64,000 nucleotides of DNA from Octopus vulgaris (lineage: Eukaryota): positions 88,970,001 through 89,034,000 of the forward strand of contig OX597818.1 in NCBI GenBank assembly GCA_951406725.2. The letters run 5' to 3'. The notes beneath the pieces were generated by a model, which saw only the letters and a program-made list of their open reading frames with translations, did not search any database and was not told the DNA's origin. Position 1 is the first letter of the stretch. Every line of letters starts with the position of its first letter. Of the stretch, positions 56,578 through 64,000 are shown piece after piece. The position numbers and the translations under genes are program-made.

Positions 56578-57477
56578 TTGTGAATTGGTGCATTATCATC
56601 CTGAAAGATTGATTTATCCCCTGGAAACAGTTCCGCAACCATAGTATTAATTTGATCAGATAAAATGCTTAAATAGTCTTGACTGTTAATTCTGCCGTGA
56701 AGGGTAACCACTGGGCCGGTGGATTTCCAAGATACAGCGCTCCACCCCAGATCATCACAGATATTCCTCTATATTTAACAGTTAGAAGAAGGCAGTCTGG
56801 ATCAAATGCTTTTTTATGGCTATTTCCACACCTATACTCGGTCAGTGGTTGGAAACAAAGGTAAAGGATGACTCGTCACAGAAAATAACATTCTTCCACT
56901 GCTCTAAGGACCAATTCTATAGGTTTTTACTCCACTCTAAACTCTTTGCAACGTTTGTTTTAGAAAGTAGTGGTTTTCTGATTGCAGCCCTCCCATGAAA
57001 TCCGGCTTTGTGCAGCTCCCGGCGAACAGTTTTTGTGGAAACTGGGTTCTCGAGGTGGTCATTAAGCTCTGCAGTAATTTTGGGAACTGTACTTTTGTGA
57101 TCCTTTCTGAAAGTTTTGGTTTTCTTCCGGAGTTTTGTTTCGACGAGGAGGTGTTTCCCTCTTTCTCAAAGGCTGTCATTACTCTCCAGATAGTACTTCT
57201 TGATACACCAAACATTTCGTCTGTTTCCACTATGCTAGCACGTGTCATACGAGCACCAACAATTTGACCTCTTTGAAAGTCCGATAGATCTGTCATTTTA
57301 ACGAATTTTAATTATCTTTTTCTGATGATATCTGAAAAGAAACAGCAATTTTAGCAAAACATATTAAGCAACACTAAAAATAAAACAAAAAATATAAAAA
57401 TAAACAAGGTTTTGATGGATTTATAGATGTTTCAAAATTATGATACTAGGTGTTCCCATTATTTTGTCCAACCACTG
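56578..57477 (-). mobile_element. 3'-truncated Tc1-family transposon
   Basis: TIR ta|cagtggttggacaaaataatgggaacacc; MTDLSDFQRGQIVGARM...NSGRKPKL, RAAIRKPLL, WKNVIFCDES, IFQDDNAPIH; frameshifted. Confidence 0.93.
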
Positions 57478-57548
57478 TATATGTCAAATTGCGATGCTCT
57501 CTCCCTATTTCTCTATCTCACTCTCTCTCACTCTCTCTTTCTCACTCA

Positions 57549-57626
<78 letters not shown>

Positions 57627-57641
57627 ATGGATAGATAATTA

Positions 57642-57707
<66 letters not shown>

Positions 57708-57828
57708 CGCGTAGGTATGCAGATGCGCATATGTGTAATTCACGATCGGCTTCCTTTGTACGTGTATACACAAACACACACGTACACACAAACACAAACA
57801 CGCACAGTCACACACATACACGCGCGCA

Positions 57829-57879
<51 letters not shown>

Positions 57880-58494
57880 ACACATATACATACGCAAGAA
57901 TGCATACATTTATGTATGTGTATACACCACAATTGTCTCATAGAACATCTTAAAATATTTGCTGATCATACTTCAGTAGCTATACATCTGTTAAGGGTGT
58001 GTATACGTGTTTATATGAGTATATATATACATGTGTGTATATGGGGGTGGGGACGCGTGCATGCATGTGTATGCGTTTCCGTAATTCATTTATCATCAAT
58101 GTGTCATCACAATACACATGTGGCCCTGCTTATTAAATCCACCCCTTTATTTTTTCGTACATGCCTGAAAAAATATTGTTTATTACGGGTATCAAAAATT
58201 GGAAGGGATCCAAGGAATTTCAAATTAATAATTAAGGTGTGTAGGAATGTTGTTAATTATGAATGGCTGTGACTAATTGCTTACTTTAGCTACCCTACCC
58301 CAGACACCTGCTAACGATTCAATGAGAGTCTCCACAGGACCACCCTAAAGTTCTAGAAATAACAGTCAAATCTCTTTCAAATATGAGCTACAATGTTAGG
58401 TTATATAGTTCTATATATGCTATTTTTAGAAAACAATACAGTAAGCACATGGATGGCACGTCTTGGATTTTTGGCAGTCATGTTTAAGACTCTC

Positions 58495-58856
58495 TCTTTG
58501 TTTCAATCATTTGACTGTGGCCATGCTGGAGCACCGCCTTTAGTCGAGCAAATCGACCCCAGAACTTATTCTTTGTAAACCTAGTACTTATTCTATCGGA
58601 CTCTTTTGCCGAACCGCTAAGTTACAGGGACGTAAACACACCAGCATCGGTTGTCAAGAGATGTTAGGGGGACAAACACAGACACACAAACATATATTTA
58701 TATATATATATATATATATACGACGGGCTTCTTTCAGTTTCCGTCTACCAAATCCACTCACTAGGCTTCGGTAGTAGAAGACACTTGCCCAATGTGCCGT
58801 GCAGTGGGACTGAACCCGGAAACATATGGTTCGTAAGCAATCCACTCCTACGCCTA
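58495..58856 (-). mobile_element. SINE family A
   Basis: Reverse-complement copy with small deletions; another 3' half at 59555-59708. Confidence 0.9.
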
Positions 58857-59347
58857 TAGACTGATAAGGAATTAGATAAAAACTACTTCTAATTTAGGTG
58901 TACGGCTAGCAGTTTTGAAGCGAGTGTGTAAGTCGATACCGTAAACTCCAGTAAGTCACTGGTACTTTGTGTATCGACCCCGGAAGAATGTAAAGCAAAG
59001 CTGACATCAGCGGAATTTGAACGCTGAACGTAAAGAGCTGAGATAAATACTGCACGGCATTTTTTCTAATGTTTTAACGATTCCAGTAGTTCGCTACCTT
59101 AAGGGGGATTTTAAACGATAGCATCAACATCAAAATCCCCAACCACGGCAACAACAATGGTCACGTTCTATCTCTCCCAGTGCATTTATTCTCTGGCCTT
59201 GAGCGCTTCCCAAAACTTGTCAAGAGTCAATGGTGTAACCACCACGCAGTCACTCAACATTTTCCGATTATCAAATTCACTTATAAGGCATTCGTCAAGC
59301 TATATATGCCGAAAGGGACCGAACTCCAAACCATGTGGTTGCGGATA

Positions 59348-59402
<55 letters not shown>

Positions 59403-59452
59403 TGTATATATGGATTTATATGTATGTATTTTTATGTATATATATATATATC

Positions 59453-59485
<33 letters not shown>

Positions 59486-60018
59486 ACATATATAAATATA
59501 TATACATATATATATGTGTGTGTGTACATATATAAATATATATACATATATTTATTCTTCTACTTGTTTCCGTCAATTGACTGCGGCCATGCTGGAGCAC
59601 CGCCTTTACTCGAACAAATCTACCCCAGGACTTAGTCTTTGTAAGCCTTTTATTCTGTCGATTTATTTTGCCGAACGGCTAATTTGCGGGGACGTAAACA
59701 CACCAACAAGAGCTTATTTATCATAAGGATGGAAGAACATCTCCACATCATTTTCCAAGTTAAGTTACAGACCTGTTAAATATGGCTCTGAACATAGGAT
59801 TTTCTCTAAGAACAGACTAGACCAAATAAAAACTAGATAGACTCTAACGTGTGTAACGAATAGCGTGAGGCAGTTGCTCCTGTCCGTAAAGTCAGAACCT
59901 AGGAGGCAAGACAGTACAAAAGCTCCACAAGCACTTGTTACTGTTAAGAAAGAAATTATCTTCTTTTCCTATAAACAAAACTCTTAACAGAATATCTCAC
60001 AGAAAAGTACAACACAAA

Positions 60019-60332
60019 ACGTTACAGTCTATTTAATATTACGTCATATTTATCCAATGTTACGTTCTAATCTATCTTATGTTATAATCTATATAATATT
60101 ACGCTATAGTCTATCCAAAGTTACGTTATAATCTATCTAATGTTAAGCTATAGTCTATCTAATGTTACGTTATAATCTATCTAATGTTACATTATAGTCT
60201 ATTTAATGCTGCGCTATAGTCTGTCTAATGTTACGCTATAGTCTATCGAATGTTACGTCGCCTATCTAGTGTTACGTTATATTCTAGTGTTACGTTATAT
60301 TCTATCTAATGTTATGGTCTATCTAAAGTTGC
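60019..60332. repeat. 22-bp minisatellite, about 14 degenerate units
   Basis: Consensus GTCTATCTAATGTTACGCTATA repeated head to tail with short deletions. Confidence 0.9.
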
Positions 60333-60550
60333 CAGGTATATTCCGGTCTCCTCAAAGGGGAAATTCCTATGTTTAGAATAGTATATAACAGGTCTATAAG
60401 ATAACGTTGAAAATGATGTGGAGGTGCACTTCTTTCTTCACGATAATAATGTTCATCATCACGAAATCATCACTGTCATCGCTATTATCATCATGGTCTT
60501 TGCTATTGTTCTCGTCGTTATCAGCGTCGTCGTTATCGTTGTCGTCGTCA

Positions 60551-60860
60551 CACTGGTTAGGGTACTTGGCTCTCGGTACTAAGGTCGTGGGTTCAATTCT
60601 CGGCGATGCGTAGTGTCCGTGAGCAACTCATCTTATTTCACGTTGCTCCAGTCTACTCAGCTGCCAAAAATGAGAAGTGCTTGTATTTCAAAAGGCCGAC
60701 CTTGTCACATTCTGTGTCCGCTGAATCTCCTTGAGAACTACATTAAGGGCACGCGTGTTTGTAGAGTGCTCAGCCACTCGCACTTCAAATTCTCGAGCAG
60801 GAATTTCCGTTGATCGGAATCAACTGGAACCCTCGTCGTCGTAACCGACGGAGTACCAAT
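60551..60860 (+). mobile_element. tRNA/CORE-type SINE family D
   Basis: ctggttagggtac (A box), gggttcaattctc (B box), gtgtccgtgagcaa...tatttcacgttgctccagtctactcagctg; tail ...aactggaaccctcgtcgtcgtaaccgacggagt, with a related tail at ~38700-38745. Confidence 0.75.
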
Positions 60861-61274
60861 TAGACAAGTAATAGGGAAATATTTCCACCGTGAATCTTCT
60901 TCATCAGCACCTGCACGCTTTTCTAGCGATGTGGGCGTCTTTCATCTTTTGCACCAAAATCATATTTGCTGGTATGCAATTATAGAAACTCGTACAACAA
61001 TTGACTTGCCGAGAAATGAGGAATTAGTGGCGCTAATTACTTATCAGTTCATTATTATTATTATTATTACTATTGAAGATGGAGCACTGACTCACATTTT
61101 ACACCGGAAATACGCGAGAATAAGGAATGTCTTGATGAGTATTTCTGAAAGTCTTCTACTTAATGAACCCAGCATGGCTTGGAAATGGGCAACCATTTCT
61201 ACATTTTATCAAAGAATTCGAAACAGTTGTAGCTGTTGCTGCGGCGCTGTTTCATACATTCCATCTATATATAC

Positions 61275-61320
<46 letters not shown>

Positions 61321-61427
61321 TGAGAAAGAGAGAGATTATGTATAAGGATATATATATATATATATATATATATTCATATAAGTACATATACACACACATT
61401 CATATATATATATATATATATATAGGC

Positions 61428-62579
61428 ATGAATTCAAACGTCTATGTAGATTTAGCCTGTGCTCACTTTCTTCAAATATTTTGATGTCGCATGGTCAGAA
61501 GGTTTGAGGTACGTAGCATTTGATAAATCTATGATAAATCTTTTTCAATGGAAAGCTGTGCTGAAGAAGGATGTGAAATATATATGCAATATATATGAAA
61601 TATATTTCTAAAATATATGGAATATATATTCAATATGTTTATAATCCAGAAACATGATGTTCACAGATAACCGCCAGACTTCGTATTCGTTATCTATTCC
61701 TTCTGTTTTGCATATGTGAATTACAGGGTCTGTCATGCCCGGAGTCCAACTTTGATAGAAATAAGCATTCTTGACTGCTATTTCTATTTTTTCGGTATGC
61801 GGTCAAGCAACCTGTTTTGCCTGTCCCTTTTTCTTATATACAATATATATACTGAACTTTACAGAAGTTCCTGCCGGTAATCGGCTATATTTACATACCG
61901 AATTCTACCAGTAAATAATTGGGTTTTTTTTTAAAAGCCTTTATAGAAATTATTTACTCTTATCATTATATTACTATTTGGATTTTTCACTCCCTTTGAC
62001 AACCTATTTTTGTAATGCGCATGGCAGAATTTTGGAGGGAAGATTGATGAATTCAAACGTCTATGTAGATTTAGCCTGTGCTCACTTTCTTCAAATATTT
62101 TGATGTCGCATGGTCAGGAGGTTTGAGGTACGTAGCATTTGATAAATCTATGATAAATCTTTTTCAATGGAAAGCTGTGCTGAAGAAGGATGTGAAATAT
62201 ATATGCAATATATATGAAATATATTTCTAAAATATATGGAATATATATTCAATATGTTTATAATCCAGAAACATGATGTTCACAGATAACCGCCAGACTT
62301 CGTATTCGTTATCTATTCCTTCTGTTTTGCATATGTGAATTACAGGGTCTGTCATGCCCGGAGTCCAACTTTGATAGAAATAAGCATTCTTGACTGCTAT
62401 TTCTATTTTTTCGGTATGCGGTCAAGCAACCTGTTTTGCCTGTCCCTTTTTCTTATATACAATATATATACTGAACTTTACAGAAGTTCCTGCCGGTAAT
62501 CGGCTATATTTACATACCGAATTCTACCAGTAAATAATTGGGGTTTTTTTAAAAGCCTTTATAGAAATTATTTACTCTT

Positions 62580-62584
<5 letters not shown>
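61428..62584 (+). mobile_element. Non-coding partial tandem (unit 619 bp), each copy with a type-I hammerhead-like fold; retrozyme-like
   Basis: Repeats 61428-61966 and 62047-62584 differ only by one substitution and a G/T-run change; 80-bp spacer; (TA)n on both flanks; hammerhead folds at 61556-61666 and 62175-62285. Confidence 0.72.
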
Positions 62585-62631
<47 letters not shown>

Positions 62632-62665
62632 CGCACATATATATGCATATACATACATATATACA

Positions 62666-63312
62666 CAGGGGTTGGACAAAGTAATGGAAACACCTGGCAT
62701 CATAGCATCATAATTTTGAAATATCTTTAAAACCACCAAAAGCTTATTTATTTACTATTAGTGTTGCTTAATATGTTTTGCTAAAATTATTGTTTCTTTT
62801 CAGATATCATCAGAAAAAGATAATTAAAATTCATTAAAATGACATCTATTGGACTTTCGAAGAGGTCAAATTGTTGCTGCTCGTATGGCAGGGGCTAGCG
62901 TAACGAAAAACAGCCCAAATGTTTGTTTTATCAAGAAGTACTGTCTCGAACGTAATGATAGCCTTTGAGGAAGAGGGAAAAACCTCTTCGTCGAAGCAAA
63001 ACTCCGGAAGAAAACCAAACCAGATTTTGACCGCCAGGCTCTTACGCGAATTTTTAGAAAGGATCACAAAAGTACAGCTTCCAAAATCACTGCAGAGCTT
63101 AATGACCACCTCGAGAACCCAGTTTCCACAAAATCTGTTCGCCGGATTCCACGAGAGGGCTGCAATCAGAAAACCACTACTTTCAAAAAAGACTTTGCAA
63201 CGAGTTTAGAGTGGAGTAAAATCCTACAGAATTGGTCACCAGAGCAGTGGAGGAATGTTATTTTCTCGCACGAGTCATCCTTTACTCTATTTCCGACCAC
63301 CGGCCGAGTATA
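62666..63312 (+). mobile_element. 5' part of a Tc1 transposon (same family as 56578-57477)
   Basis: TIR caggggttggacaaagtaatggaaacacc; SRSTVSNVMIAFEEEGKTSSSKQNSGRKP, RAAIRKPLL; stops at the MITE insertion. Confidence 0.92.
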
Positions 63313-63513
63313 CGAGATAGTGCTGAAAAGCTTCTGGCTCTAAGAGTATCTCAAAAACCTGATTGGAGGCGAAAACCTCCAAGTTCTTTTACAAGGATTA
63401 GAAAATCTGAAGTGTGTAAATCTGAGAGGAAGATATGTTGAATAAAATCATAATTCAATGATCCTCCCGTATTTTCTTTTACCCAAAACCAGGAACTTTT
63501 CAGCATCCCCTTA
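63311..63513. mobile_element. Mariner-type MITE
   Basis: tacgagatagtgctgaaaagcttctggc ... ccaggaacttttcagcatcccctta; inverse homolog of 10722-10925. Confidence 0.8.
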
Positions 63514-63572
63514 TGTGTGTGCGTGTGTGTGTGTGTGTGTACACCCCCACACATACATATATATATGTTTGT

Positions 63573-63870
63573 GGAGGCACACGGCCTGATGGTTAGAGCA
63601 GCGGAGTCGCGGTCGAGGGATCGCGGGTTCGAATCTCAGACCGGGCGATGAGTGTGTTTATGAGCAAAACACCTAAGCTCAAAGCGGCTCCGGCAGAGGG
63701 TAATGGCGAACTTCTGCTGATTCTTTCGCCACAACTTTCTCTCACTCTTTCCTCCTGCATCTTGCAGCGCACCTGCGACGGACCGGCGTCCCGTCCAGGC
63801 GGGGAACCTATACGTCAAGGAAACCGGGAAACTAGCCCTTATGAGCCAGGCACGGCTCGAGAAGGAACAA
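63573..63870 (+). mobile_element. SINE family C (V-domain-like)
   Basis: ggaggcacacggcctgatggttagagc...ggttcgaatctc...cctgcgacggaccggcgtcccgtccagg; homologous to 7417-7712. Confidence 0.82.
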
Positions 63871-64000
63871 ATACATATATATATATATAAAATTAATCAA
63901 AGGACATACTAGGTACGTCAACCTGCTTGAAATAACAGTCAAAACTCTTATTAAATCGCCAAAAATACACCGACGAAAACTACAGAAATTGTAGTTTTCA

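Noticed and set aside
60870-60912. Minus-strand ggtgctgatgaagaagattc...ggaaatatttccc as a hammerhead
   Set aside because: Stem I does not pair after the putative cleavage site and stem II is not adjacent to GAAA.
56578-63312. Two Tc1 copies as ends of a composite transposon
   Set aside because: They are back-to-back with 5' TIRs on the inner side, carry different deletions and lack 3' TIRs; independent insertions are more likely.

Overview
AT-rich eukaryotic DNA packed with microsatellites and transposon debris. The SINE families and (TA)n/(CA)n/(TAGA)n density look like a coleoid cephalopod (octopus-type) intron or intergenic region; that assignment is inference from memory, not a database result. 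I find no intact host gene, and nearly all ORFs in the track are microsatellite read-through. Recognisable elements: about 30 tRNA-derived SINE copies of at least four families, a near-complete mariner, two Tc1 fragments, two mariner-type MITEs, Helitrons (one with a PIF1 helicase remnant and an in-window empty site), a Helentron-like element, fragments of Penelope (RT, GIY-YIG), RTE, CR1-like and R4/Dong-like retroelements, a foldback of tRNA-like genes and a 22-bp minisatellite. The most interesting signal is a set of non-coding direct-repeat elements inserted in (TA)n whose repeats each fold into a type-I hammerhead ribozyme (61428-62584, unit 619 nt; 42432-43142, unit 539 nt), plus a near-canonical solo hammerhead at 26948-26998. 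These look like retrozyme / Penelope-pLTR-derived elements that could release circularisable monomer RNAs. Ribozyme activity is untested and two of the cores are non-canonical.
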